A stretch of DNA of 64,000 bases, taken from NCBI GenBank assembly GCA_964057225.1, contig OZ059895.1:13640001-13704000 (forward strand), given 5' to 3'. Of the stretch, positions 50,101 to 64,000 are shown piece by piece. The notes beneath the pieces were generated by a model. It was given only the letters and a program-made list of their open reading frames with translations, was not told where the DNA came from and searched no databases. Every line of letters starts with the position of its first letter. Position 1 is the stretch's first letter. The position numbers and the translations under genes were made by a program. The stretch comes from Auanema rhodensis (Eukaryota; Animalia; Nematoda).

Positions 50101-53100
50101 AATTGCTGCGTTATGATTTCACTATCGAGTACATGCGTAAGCATTTAAACTTATTTCATATCCGAATGTTCATATCTTGCATCTAAGACATCTAACTCTT
50201 TCTAGTTTCAAGCATAATTAACAAACAATGACATGATACTTTTGTTTTTGAAATTAACTTCTAATTCCAAACATATTCGTTAATTGATATACGCGCAAGT
50301 GGTCTACTGTGAACTTACGCAGTAGTTGTCGAGCACTTACGTAAGGATACCTTCGCGTTCTGTTCAATTGTTGCGTTATGATTTCACTATCGAGTACTCG
50401 CGTAAGCATTTAAACTTATTTCATATCTGAATGTTCATATCTTGCATCTAAAACATCTAACTCTATCTAGTTTCAAGCATAATTAACAATCAAGGGCATG
50501 ATACTTTTGTTTTTGAAATTAACTTCTAATTCCAAACATATTCGTTAATGGGTATACACGCAAAGGATCGAGTGTGAACATACGCAGTAGTTGTCGAGCA
50601 CTTACGTAAGGATACCTTCATGTTCCATTCAATCGCTGTGTTATGATTTCACTATCGAGTACTTGCGTAAGCATTTAAACTGATTCCATATCTGAATGTT
50701 CATATCTTGCATCAAAGACATCTAACTCTCTGTAGTTTTCAAGCATAATTAATAAACAATGACATGATACTTTTGTTTTTGAAATTAACTTCTAATTCCA
50801 AACATATTCGTTAATGGATATACGCGCAAGTGTTCTGCTGTGAACTTACGCAGTAGTTGTCGAGCACTTACGTAAGGATACCTTCGCGTTCTGTTCAATT
50901 GTTGCGTTATGATTTCACTATCGAGTACTCGCGTAAGCATTTAAACTTATTTCATATCTGAATGTTCATATCTTGCATCTAAGACATCTAACTCTATCTA
51001 GTTTCAAGCATAATTAACAATCAAGGGCATGATACTTTTGTTTTTGAAATTAACTTCTAATTCCAAACATATTCGTTAATGGGTATACACGCAAAGGATC
51101 TAGTGTGAACATACGCAGTAGTTGTCGAGCACTTACGTAAGGATACCTTCATGTTCCATTCAATCGCTGTGTTATGATTTCACTATCGAGTACTCGCGTA
51201 AGCATTTAAACTTATTTCATATCTGAATGTTCATATCTTGCATCTAAGACATCTAACTCTTTCTAGTTTCAAGCATTATTAACAAACAATGCCATGATAC
51301 TTTTGTTTTTGAAATTAACTTCTAATTCCAAACATATTCGTTAATGGATATACGCGCAAAGGATCTAGTGTGAACATACGCAGTAGTTGTCGAGCACTTA
51401 CGTAAGGATACCTTCATGTTCCATTCAATCGCTGTGTTATGATTTCACTATCGAGTACTTGCGTAAGCATTTAAACTTATTTCATATCGGAATGTTCATA
51501 TCTTGCATCTAAGACATCTAACTCTTTCTAGTTTCAAGCATAATTAACAAACAATGACATGATACTTTTGTTGTTGAAATTAACTTCAAATCCCAAACAT
51601 ATTCGTTAATGGATATACGCGTAAGTGGTCTAATGTGAACTTACGCAGTAGTTGTCGAGTACTTACGTAAGGATACCTTCCAGTTCCATTCAATTGCTGC
51701 GTTATGATTTCACTATCGAGTACTTGCGTAAGCATTTAAACTTATTTCATATCTGAATGTTCATATCTTGCATCTAAGACATCTAACTCTCTGTAGTTTT
51801 CAAGCATAATTAATAAACAATGACATGATACTTTTGTTTTTGAAATTAACTTCTAATTCCAAACATATTCGTTAATGGGTATACACGCAAAGGATCGAGT
51901 GTGAACATACGCAGAACTTGTCGAGCACTTATGTAAGGATACCTTCATGTTCCATTCAATCGCTGTGTTATGATTTCACTATCAAGTACTTGCGTAAGCA
52001 TTTAAACTTATTTCATATCTGATTGTTCGTATCTTGCATCTAAGACATCTAACTCTCTGCAGTTTTCAAGCATAATTAATAAACAATGACATGATACTTT
52101 TGTTTTTGAAATTAACTTCTAATTCCAAACATATTCGTTAATGGATATACGCGCAAGTGGTCTACTGTGAACTTACGCAGTAGTTGTCGAGCACTTACGT
52201 AAGGATACCTTCCAGTTGCATTCAATTGCTGCGTTATGATTTCACTATCGAGTACTTGCGTAAGCATTTAAACTTATTTCATATCTGAATGTTCATATCT
52301 TGCATCTAAGACATCTAACTCGTTTTATTTTTCAAGTATAATTAACAATCAAGGGCATGATATTTTTGTTTTTAAAAGTAACTTCTAATTCCAAACATAT
52401 TCGTTAATGGGTATACACGCAAAGGATCTAGTGTGAACATACGCAGAACTTGTCGAGCACTTACGTAAGGATACCTTCATGTTCCATTCAATCGCTGTGT
52501 TATGATTTCACTATCGAGTACTCGCGTAAGCATTTAAACTTATTTCATATCTGAATGTTCATATCTTGCATCTAAGACATCTAACTCTATCTAGTTTCAA
52601 GCATAATTAACAAACAATGACATGATACTTTTGTTTTCGAAATTAACTTCTAATTCCAAACATATTCGTTAATGGGTATACACGCAAAGGATCTAGTGTG
52701 AACATACGCAGAACTTGTCGAGCACTTACGTAAGGATACCTTCATGTTCCATTCAATTGTTGCGTTATGATTTCACTATCGAGTACTTGCGTAAGCATTT
52801 AAACTTATTTCATATCTGAATGTTCATATCTTGCATCTAAGACATCTAACTCTCTGTAGTTTTCAAGCATAATTAATAAACAATGACATGATACTTTTGT
52901 TTTTGAAATTAACTTCTAATTCCAAACATATTCGTTAATGGGTATACACGCAAAGGATCGAGTGTGAACATACGCAGAACTTGTCGAGCACTTACGTAAG
53001 GATACCTTCCAGTTCCATTCAATGGCTGCGTTATGATTTCACTATCGAGTACTTGCGTAAGCATTTAAACTTATTTCATATCTGAATGTTCATATCTTGC

Positions 53101-56100
53101 ATCTAAGACATCTAACTCTCTGTAGTTTTCAAGCATAATTAATAAACAATGACATGATACTTTTGTTTTTGAAATTAACTTCTAATTCCAAACATATTCG
53201 TTAATGGATATACGCGTAAGTGGTCTAATGTGAACTTACGCAGTAGTTGTCGAGCACTTACGTAAGGATACCTTCCAGTTCCATTCAATTGCTGCGTTAT
53301 GATTTCACTATCGAGTACTTGCGTAAGCATTTAAACTTATTTCATATCTGAATGTTCATATCTTGCATCTAAGACATCTAACTCTCTGTAGTTTTCAAGC
53401 ATAATTAATAAACAATGACATGATACTTTTGTTTTTGAAATTAACTTCTAATTCCAAACATATTCGTTAATGGGTATACACGCAAAGGATCGAGTGTGAA
53501 CATACGCAGAACTTGTCGAGCACTTATGTAAGGATACCTTCATGTTCCATTCAATCGCTGTGTTATGATTTCACTATCAAGTACTTGCGTAAGCATTTAA
53601 ACTTATTTCATATCTGAATGTTCATATCTTGCATCTAAGACATCTAACTCTATCTAGTTTCAAGCATAATTAACAAACAATGACATGATACTTTTGTTTT
53701 CGAAATTAACTTCTAATTCCAAACATATTCGTTAATGGGTATACACGCAAAGGATCTAGTGTGAACATACGCAGAACTTGTCGAGCACTTACGTAAGGAT
53801 ACCTTCATGTTCCATTCAATTGTTGCGTTATGATTTCACTATCGAGTACTTGCGTAAGCATTTAAACTTATTTCATATCTGAATGTTCATATCTTGCATC
53901 TAAGACATCTAACTCTCTGTAGTTTTCAAGCATAATTAATAAACAATGACATGATACTTTTGTTTTTGAAATTAACTTCTAATTCCAAACATATTCGTTA
54001 ATGGGTATACACGCAAAGGATCGAGTGTGAACATACGCAGAACTTGTCGAGCACTTACGTAAGGATACCTTCCAGTTCCATTCAATTGCTGCGTTATGAT
54101 TTCACTATCGAGTACTTGCGTAAGCATTTAAACTTATTTCATATCTGAATGTTCATATCTTGCATCTAAGACATCTAACTCTTTCTAGTTTCAAGCATTA
54201 TTAACAAACAATGCCATGATACTTTTGTTTTTGAAATTAACTTCTAATTCCAAACATATTCGTTAATGGATATACGCGCAAAGGATCTAGTGTGAACATA
54301 CGCAGTAGTTGTCGAGCACTTACGTAAGGATACCTTCATGTTCCATTCAATCGCTGTGTTATGATTTCACTATCGAGTACTTGCGTAAGCATTTAAACTT
54401 ATTTCATATCGGAATGTTCATATCTTGCATCTAAGACATCTAACTCTTTCTAGTTTCAAGCATAATTAACAAACAATGACATGATACTTTTGTTGTTGAA
54501 ATTAACTTCTAATTCCAAACATATTCGTTAATGGGTATACACGCAAAGGATCTAGTGTGAACATACGCAGAACTTGTCGAGCACTTACGTAAGGATACCT
54601 TCATGTTCCATTCAATTGTTGCGTTATGATTTCACTATCGAGTACTTGCGTAAGCATTTAAACTTATTTCATATCTGAATGTTCATATCTTGCATCTAAG
54701 ACATCTAACTCTCTGCAGTTTTCAAGCATAATTAATAAACAATGACATGATACTTTTGTTTTTGAAATTAACTTCTAATCCCAAACATATTCGTTAATGG
54801 ATATACGCGTAAGTGGTCTAATGTGAACTTACGCAGTAGTTGTCGAGCACTTACGTAAGGATACCTTCCAGTTCCATTCAATTGCTGCGTTATGATTTCA
54901 CTATCGAGTACTTGCGTAAGCATTTAAACTTATTTCATATCTGAATGTTCATATCTTGCATCTAAGACATCTAACTCTCTGTAGTTTTCAAGCATAATTA
55001 ATAAACAATGACATGATACTTTTGTTTTTGAAATTAACTTCTAATTCCAAACATATTCGTTAATGGGTATACACGCAAAGGATCGAGTGTGAACATACGC
55101 AGAACTTGTCGAGCACTTATGTAAGGATACCTTCATGTTCCATTCAATCGCTGTGTTATGATTTCACTATCAAGTACTTGCGTAAGCATTTAAACTTATT
55201 TCATATCTGATTGTTCGTATCTTGCATCTAAGACATCTAACTCTCTGCAGTTTTCAAGCATAATTAATAAACAATGACATGATACTTTTGTTTTTGAAAT
55301 TAACTTCTAATTCCAAACATATTCGTTAATGGATATACGCGCAAGTGGTCTACTGTGAACTTACGCAGTAGTTGTCGAGCACTTACGTAAGGATACCTTC
55401 CAGTTGCATTCAATTGCTGCGTTATGATTTCACTATCGAGTACTTGCGTAAGCATTTAAACTTATTTCATATCTGAATGTTCATATCTTGCATCTAAGAC
55501 ATCTAACTCGTTTTATTTTTCAAGTATAATTAACAATCAAGGGCATGATATTTTTGTTTTTAAAAGTAACTTCTAATTCCAAACATATTCGTTAATGGGT
55601 ATACACGCAAAGGATCTAGTGTGAACATACGCAGAACTTGTCGAGCACTTACGTAAGGATACCTTCATGTTCCATTCAATCGCTGTGTTATGATTTCACT
55701 ATCGAGTACTCGCGTAAGCATTTAAACTTATTTCATATCTGAATGTTCATATCTTGCATCTAAGACATCTAACTCTATCTAGTTTCAAGCATAATTAACA
55801 AACAATGACATGATACTTTTGTTTTCGAAATTAACTTCTAATTCCAAACATATTCGTTAATGGGTATACACGCAAAGGATCTAGTGTGAACATACGCAGA
55901 ACTTGTCGAGCACTTACGTAAGGATACCTTCATGTTCCATTCAATTGTTGCGTTATGATTTCACTATCGAGTACTCGCGTAAGCATTTAAACTTATTTCA
56001 TATCTGAATGTTCATATCTTGCATCAAAGACATCTAACTCTTTCTAGTGTCAAGCATAATTAACAAACAATGACATGATACTTTTGTTTTTGAAATTAAC

Positions 56101-59100
56101 TTCTAATTCCAAACATATTCGTTAATGGATATACGCGTAAGTGGTCTAATGTGAACTTACGCAGTAGTTGTCGAGCACTTACGTAAGGATACCTTCCAGT
56201 TCCATTCAATTGCTGCGTTATGATTTCACTATCGAGTACTTGCGTAAGCATTTAAACTTATTTCATATCTGAATGTTCATATCTTGCATCTAAGACATCT
56301 AACTCTCTGTAGTTTTCAAGCATAATTAATAAACAATGACATGATACTTTTGTTTTTGAAATTAACTTCTAATTCCAAACATATTCGTTAATGGGTATAC
56401 ACGCAAAGGATCGAGTGTGAACATACGCAGAACTTGTCGAGCACTTATGTAAGGATACCTTCATGTTCCATTCAATCGCTGTGTTATGATTTCACTATCA
56501 AGTACTTGCGTAAGCATTTAAACTTATTTCATATCTGATTGTTCGTATCTTGCATCTAAGACATCTAACTCTCTGCAGTTTTCAAGCATAATTAATAAAC
56601 AATGACATGATACTTTTGTTTTTGAAATTAACTTCTAATTCCAAACATATTCGTTAATGGATATACGCGCAAGTGGTCTACTGTGAACTTACGCAGTAGT
56701 TGTCGAGCACTTACGTAAGGATACCTTCCAGTTGCATTCAATTGCTGCGTTATGATTTCACTATCGAGTACTTGCGTAAGCATTTAAACTTATTTCATAT
56801 CTGAATGTTCATATCTTGCATCTAAGACATCTAACTCGTTTTATTTTTCAAGTATAATTAACAATCAAGGGCATGATATTTTTGTTTTTAAAAGTAACTT
56901 CTAATTCCAAACATATTCGTTAATGGGTATACACGCAAAGGATCTAGTGTGAACATACGCAGAACTTGTCGAGCACTTACGTAAGGATACCTTCATGTTC
57001 CATTCAATCGCTGTGTTATGATTTCACTATCGAGTACTCGCGTAAGCATTTAAACTTATTTCATATCTGAATGTTCATATCTTGCATCTAAGACATCTAA
57101 CTCTATCTAGTTTCAAGCATAATTAACAAACAATGACATGATACTTTTGTTTTCGAAATTAACTTCTAATTCCAAACATATTCGTTAATGGGTATACACG
57201 CAAAGGATCTAGTGTGAACATACGCAGAACTTGTCGAGCACTTACGTAAGGATACCTTCATGTTCCATTCAATTGTTGCGTTATGATTTCACTATCGAGT
57301 ACTCGCGTAAGCATTTAAACTTATTTCATATCTGAATGTTCATATCTTGCATCAAAGACATCTAACTCTTTCTAGTGTCAAGCATAATTAACAAACAATG
57401 ACATGATACTTTTGTTTTTGAAATTAACTTCTAATTCCAAACATATTCGTTAATGGATATATGCGCAAGTGGTCTACTGTGAACTTACGCAGTAGTTGTC
57501 GAGCACTTACGTAAGGATACCTTCCAGTTCCATTCAATTGCTGCGTTATGATTTCACTATCGAGTACTTGCGTAAGCATTTAAACTGATTCCATATCTGA
57601 ATGTTCATATCTTGCATCTAAGACATCTAACTCTTTCTAGTTTCAAGCATAATTAACAAACAATGACATGATACTTTTGTTGTTGAAATTAACTTCAAAT
57701 CCCAAACATATTCGTTAATGGATATACGCGTAAGTGGTCTAATGTGAACTTACGCAGTAGTTGTCGAGCACTTACGTAAGGATACCTTCCAGTTCCATTC
57801 AATTGCTGCGTTATGATTTCACTATCGAGTACTTGCGTAAGCATTTAAACTTATTTCATATCTGAATGTTCATATCTTGCATCTAAGACATCTAACTCTC
57901 TGTAGTTTTCAAGCATAATTAATAAACAATGACATGATACTTTTGTTTTTGAAATTAACTTCTAATTCCAAACATATTCGTTAATGGGTATACACGCAAA
58001 GGATCGAGTGTGAACATACGCAGAACTTGTCGAGCACTTACGTAAGGATACCTTCATGTTCCATTCAATCGCTGTGTTATGATTTCACTATCAAGTACTT
58101 GCGTAAGCATTTAAACTTATTTCATATCTGATTGTTCATATCTTGCATCTAAGACATCTAACTCTTTCTAGTTTCAAGCATAATTAACAAACAATGCCAT
58201 GATACTTTTGTTTTTGAAATTAACTTCTAATTCCAAACATATTCGTTAATGGGTATACACGCAAAGGATCTAGTGTGAACATACGCAGTAGTTGTCGAGC
58301 ACTTACGTAAGGATACCTTCCAGTTCCATTCAATTGCTGCGTTATGATTTCACTATCGAGTACTTGCGTAAGCATTTAAACTGATTCCATATCTGAATGT
58401 TCATATCTTGCATCAAAGACATCTAACTCGTTTTATTTTTCAAGTATAATTAACAATCAAGGGCATGATATTTTTGTTTTTAAAAGTAACTTCTAATTCC
58501 AAACATATTCGTTAATGGCTATATGCGCAAAGGATCTAGTGTGAACATACGCAGAACTTGTCGAGCACTTACGTAAGGATACCTTCGCGTTCTGTTCAAT
58601 TGTTGCGTTATGATTTCACTATCGAGTACTTGCGTAACCATTTAAACTTATTTCATATCTGAATGTTCATATCTTGCATCAAAGACATCTAACTCGTTTT
58701 ATTTTTCAAGTATAATTAACAATCAAGGGCATGATACTTTTGTTTTTGAAATTAACTTCTAATTCCAAACATATTCGTTAATGGATATACGCGCAAGTGT
58801 TCTGCTGTGAACTTACGCAGTAGTTCTCGAGCACTTACGTAAGGAGACCTTCCAGTTCCATTCAATTGCTGCGTTATGATTTCACTATCGAGTACATGCG
58901 TAAGCATTTAAACTTATTTCATATCCGAATGTTCATATCTTGCATCTAAGACATCTAACTCTTTCTAGTTTCAAGCATAATTAACAAACAATGACATGAT
59001 ACTTTTGTTGTTGAAATTAACTTCAAATCCCAAACATATTCGTTAATGGATATGCGCGCAAGTGTTCTGCTGTGAACTTACGCAGTAGTTGTCGAGCACT

Positions 59101-62100
59101 TACGTAAGGATACCCTCGCGTTCTGTTCAATTGTTGCGTTATGATTTCACTATCGAGTACTCGCGTAAGCATTTAAACTTATTTCATGTCTGAATGTTCA
59201 TATCTTGCATCTAAGACATCTAACTCTATCTAGTTTCAAGCATAATTAACAATCAAGGGCATGATATTTTTGTTTTTAAAAGTAACTTCTAATTCCAAAC
59301 ATATTCGTTAATGGCTATACGCGCAAAGGATCTAGTGTGAACATACGCAGAACTTGTCGAGCACTTACGTAAGGATACCTTCGCGTTCTGTTCAATTGTT
59401 GCGTTATGATTTCACTATCGAGTACTCGCGTAAGCATTTAAACTTATTTCATATCTGAATGTTCATATCTTGCATCTAAGACATCTAACTCTATCTAGTT
59501 TCAAGCATAATTAACAATCAAGGGCATGATACTTTTGTTTTTGAAATTAACTTCTAATTCCAAACATATTCGTTAATGGGTATACACGCAAAGGATCTAG
59601 TGTGAACATACGCAGTAGTTGTCGAGCACTTACGTAAGGATACCTTCCAGTTCCATTCAATTGCTGCGTTATGATTTCACTATCGAGTACTTGCGTAAGC
59701 ATTTAAACTTATTTCATATCTGAATGTTCATATCTTGCATCTAAGACATCTAACTCTATCTAGTTTCAAGCATAATTAACAAACAATGACATGATACTTT
59801 TGTTTTTGAAATTAACTTCTAATTCCAAACATAATCGTTAATGGGTATACACGCAAAGGATCTAGTGTGAACATACGCAGAACTTGTCGAGCACTTACGT
59901 AAGGATACCTTCGCGTTCTGTTCAATTGTTGCGTTATGATTTCACTATCGAGTACTCGCGTAAGCATTTAAACTTATTTCATATCTGAATGTTCATATCT
60001 TGCATCTAAGACATCTAACTCTATATAGTTTCAAGCATAATTAACAAACAATGACATGATACTTTTGTTTTCGAAATTAACTTCTAATTCCAAACATATT
60101 CGTTAATGGGTATACACGCAAAGGATCTAGTGTGAACATACGCAGAACTTGTCGAGCACTTACGTAAGGATACCTTCATGTTCCATTCAATTGCTGCGTT
60201 ATGATTTCACTATCGAGTACTTGCGTAAGCATTTAAACTTATTTCATATCTGAATGTTCATATCTTGCATCTAAGACATCTAACTCTTTCTAGTTTCAAG
60301 CATAATTAACAAACAATGATATGATACTTTTGTTTTTGAAATTAACTTCTAATTCCAAACATATTCGTTAATGGATATACGCGCAAAGGATCTAGTGTGA
60401 ACATACGCAGTAGTTGTCGAGCACTTACGTAAGGATACCTTCATGTTCCATTCAATCGCTGTGTTATGATTTCACTATCGAGTACTTGCGTAAGCATTTA
60501 AACTTATTTCATATCTGAATGTTCATATCTTGCATCTAAGACATCTAACTCTTTCTAGTTTCAAGCATAATTAACAAACAATGACATGATACTTTTGTTT
60601 TTGAAATTAACTTCTAATTCCAAACATATTCGTTAATGGGTATACACGCAAAGGATCTAGTGTGAACATACGCAGTAGTTGTCGAGCACTTACGTAAGGA
60701 TACCTTCCAGTTCCATTCAATTGCTGTGTTATGATTTCACTATCGAGTACTTGCGTAAGCATTTAAACTTATTTCATATCTGAATGTTCATATCTTGCAT
60801 CTAAGACATCTAACTCTATCTAGTTTCAAGCATAATTAACAATCAAGGGCATGATACTTTTGTTTTTGAAATTAACTTCTAATTCCAAACATATTCGTTA
60901 ATGGGTATACACGCAAAGGATCTAGTGTGAACATACGCAGTAGTTGTCGAGCACTTACGTAAGGATACCTTCCAGTTCCATTCAATTGCTGCGTTATGAT
61001 TTCACTATCGAGTACTTGCGTAAGCATTTAAACTTTTTCATATCTGAATGTTCATATCTTGCATCTAAGACATCTAACTCTTTCTAGTTTCAAGCATAAT
61101 TAACAAACAATGATATGATACTTTTGTTTTTGAAATTAACTTCTAATTCCAAACATATTCGTTAATGGATATACGCGCAAAGGATCTAGTGTGAACATAC
61201 GCAGTAGTTGTCGAGCACTTACGTAAGGATACCTTCATGTTCCATTCAATCGCTGTGTTATGATTTCACTATCGAGTACTTGCGTAAGCATTTAAACTTA
61301 TTTCATATCTGAATGTTCATATCTTGCATCTAAGACATCTAACTCTATCTAGTTTCAAGCATAATTAACAAACAATGACATGATACTTTTGTTTTTGAAA
61401 TTAACTTCTAATTCCAAACATAATCGTTAATGGGTATACACGCAAAGGATCTAGTGTGAACATACGCAGAACTTGTCGAGCACTTACGTAAGGATACCTT
61501 CGCGTTCTGTTCAATTGTTGCGTTATGATTTCACTATCGAGTACTCGCGTAAGCATTTAAACTTATTTCATATCTTAATGTTCATATCTTGCATCTAAGA
61601 TATCTAACTCTATATAGTTTCAAGCATAATTAACAAACAATGACATGATACTTTTGTTTTTGAAATTAACTTCTAATTCCAAACATATTCGTTAATGGGT
61701 ATACACGCAAAGGATCTAGTGTGAACATACGCAGAACTTGTCGAGCACTTACGTAAGGATACCTTCATGTTCCATTCAATCGCTGTGTTATGATTTCACT
61801 ATCGAGTACTTTCGTAAGTATTTAAACTGATTCCATATCTGAATGTTCATATCTTGCATCTAAGACATCTAACTCTTTCTAGTTTCAAGCATAATTAACA
61901 AACAATGATATGATACTTTTGTTTTTGAAATTAACTTCTAATTCCAAACATATTCGTTAATGGATATACGCGCAAAGGATCTAGTGTGAACATACGCAGT
62001 AGTTGTCGAGCACTTACGTAAGGATACCTTCATGTTCAATTCAATCGCTGTGTTATGATTTCACTATCGAGTACTTGCGTAAGCATTTAAACTTATTTCA

Positions 62101-63725
62101 TATCTGAATGTTCATATCTTGCATCTAAGACATCTAACTCTTTCTAGTTTCAAGCATAATTAACAAACAATGACATGATACTTTTGTTGTTGAAATTAAC
62201 TTCAAATCCCAAACATATTCGTTAATGGGTATGCGCGCAAGTGTTCTGCTGTGAACTTACGCAGTAGTTGTCGAGCACTTACGTAAGGATACCTTCCAGT
62301 TCCATTCAATTGCTGCGTTATGATTTCACTATCGAGTACTTGCGTAAGCATTTAAACTTATTTCATATCTGAATGTTCATATCTTGCATCTAAGACATCT
62401 AACTCTTTCTAGTTTCAAGCATAATTAACAAAGAATGACATGATACTTTTGTTGTTGAAATTAACTTCAAATCCCAAACATATTCGTTAATGGATATACG
62501 CGCAAGTGGTCTAATGTGAACTTACGCAGTAGTTGTCGAGCACTTACGTAAGAATACCTTCCAGTTCCATTCAATTGCTGCGTTATGATTTCACTATCGA
62601 GTACTTGCGTAAGCATTTAAACTTATTTCATATCTGATTGTTCATATCTTGCATCTAAGACATCTAACTCTTTCTAGTTTCAAGCATAATTAACAAAGAA
62701 TGACATGATACTTTTGTTGTTGAAATTAACTTCAAATCCCAAACATATTCGTTAATGGATATACGCGCAAGTGGTCTAATGTGAACTTACGCAGTAGTTG
62801 TCGAGCACTTACGTAAGAATACCTTCCAGTTCCATTCAATTGCTGCGTTATGATTTCACTATCGAGTACTTGCGTAAGCATTTAAACTTATTTCATATCT
62901 GAATGTTCATATCTTGCATCTAAGACATCTAACTCTCTGTAGTTTTCAAGCATAATTAATAAACAATGACATGATACTTTTGTTGTTGAAATTAACTTCT
63001 AATTCCAAACATATTCGTTAATGGGTATACACGCAAAGGATCTAGTGTGAACATACGCAGTAGTTGTCGAGCACTTACGTAAGGATACCTTCCAGTTCCA
63101 TTCAATTGCTGCGTTATGATTTCACTATCGAGTACTTGCGTAAGCATTTAAACTTATTTCATATCTGAATGTTCATATCTTGCATCTAAGACATCTAACT
63201 CTATCTAGTTTCAAGCATAATTAACAAACAATGACATGATACTTTTGTTTTTGAAATTAACTTCTAATTCCAAACATATTCGTTAATGGGTATACACGCA
63301 AAGGATCTAGTGTGAACATACGCAGAACTTGTCGAGCACTTACGTAAGGATACCTTCATGTTCCATTCAATCGCTGTGTTATGATTTCACTATCGAGTAC
63401 TTTCGTAAGTATTTAAACTGATTCCATATCTGAATGTTCATATCTCGCATCTAAGAAATCTAACTCTTTCTAGTTTCAAGCATAATTAACAAACAATGAC
63501 ATGATACTTTTGTTTTTGAAATTAACTTCTAATTCCAAACATATTCGTTAATGGATATACGCGCAAAGGATCTAGTGTGAACATACGCAGTAGTTGTCGA
63601 GCACTTACGTAAGGATACCTTCATGTTCCATTCAATCGCTGTGTTATGATTTCACTATCGAGTACTTGCGTAAGCAATTAAACTTATTTCATATCTGAAT
63701 GTTGATATCTTGCATCTGAGACATC
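47143..63725. repeat. Tandem satellite array, 265/266-bp monomer, about 62 copies
   Basis: GAGCACTTACGTAAGGATACC recurs every 265-266 bp (e.g. 57766, 58032, 58297); the left edge is degenerate. Confidence 0.98.
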
Positions 63726-64000
63726 TTAGATATGAACAATATGATAAGAAATAAGTATAAATGCTTACTACTCTAGTACTCGACATTGGAATCGAGAGAC
63801 AGCATTTAAATAGATAAAGAAAATAATAAAATATGTAAATCAAATATATCTTGATGTTGATGTTGGTTAATTTTGTTTGAAAAGTAGAAAGAGATTGTTG
63901 CCTGAGATCCAAGAAAAGATAAATCGAAAAGCCTCCTTACGTTAGTTCTCGACAACGAATGCGTAAGTTAAGAGAGATATTATATAGAGAAATGACATTT

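Noticed and set aside
47143-63725. CRISPR-like alternation of constant and variable segments
   Set aside because: The variable parts are a few recurring alleles of homologous sequence, not unique spacers. The period is 265 bp, the context is eukaryotic, and there are no cas genes.

Overview
AT-rich eukaryotic DNA with many ~40-60 bp introns and TTTTCAG-type acceptors in front of start codons. The gene set points to a rhabditid (clade V-like) nematode; the species cannot be fixed from the sequence. Positions 1-46 kb hold densely packed spliced genes: SF3B1, two near-identical ARPC3 copies flanking TAF8, a sesquipedalin-like PH protein, phospholipase B-like, CFAP410, a cuticlin-like ZP protein, anoctamin (anoh-1-like), an acid lipase, a BRICHOS protein, an ML-like secreted protein, YKT6 and ALG11. 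The main finding is at 19.4-34.4 kb. A 1,962-bp segment carrying the 3' half of the anoctamin gene is present three times. At both junctions sits the same 3,794-bp element with Maverick/Polinton-type termini (AGTAGT...ACTACT), a C-terminal relic of protein-primed DNA polymerase B, and an intact 5-exon, 322-aa trypsin-like protease gene with no signal peptide. There is no ordinary 6-bp target-site duplication; the ~2-kb host repeat flanks the element instead. The middle host copy carries an intact Merlin (IS1016-like) transposon with 68-bp TIRs and an 8-bp TSD. From about 47.1 to 63.7 kb is a ~62-copy 265/266-bp satellite with shuffled variant cassettes, 5/6-mer higher-order blocks and inverted remnants at its right edge. 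Exon structures were read by eye, so boundaries may be off by a few bases.
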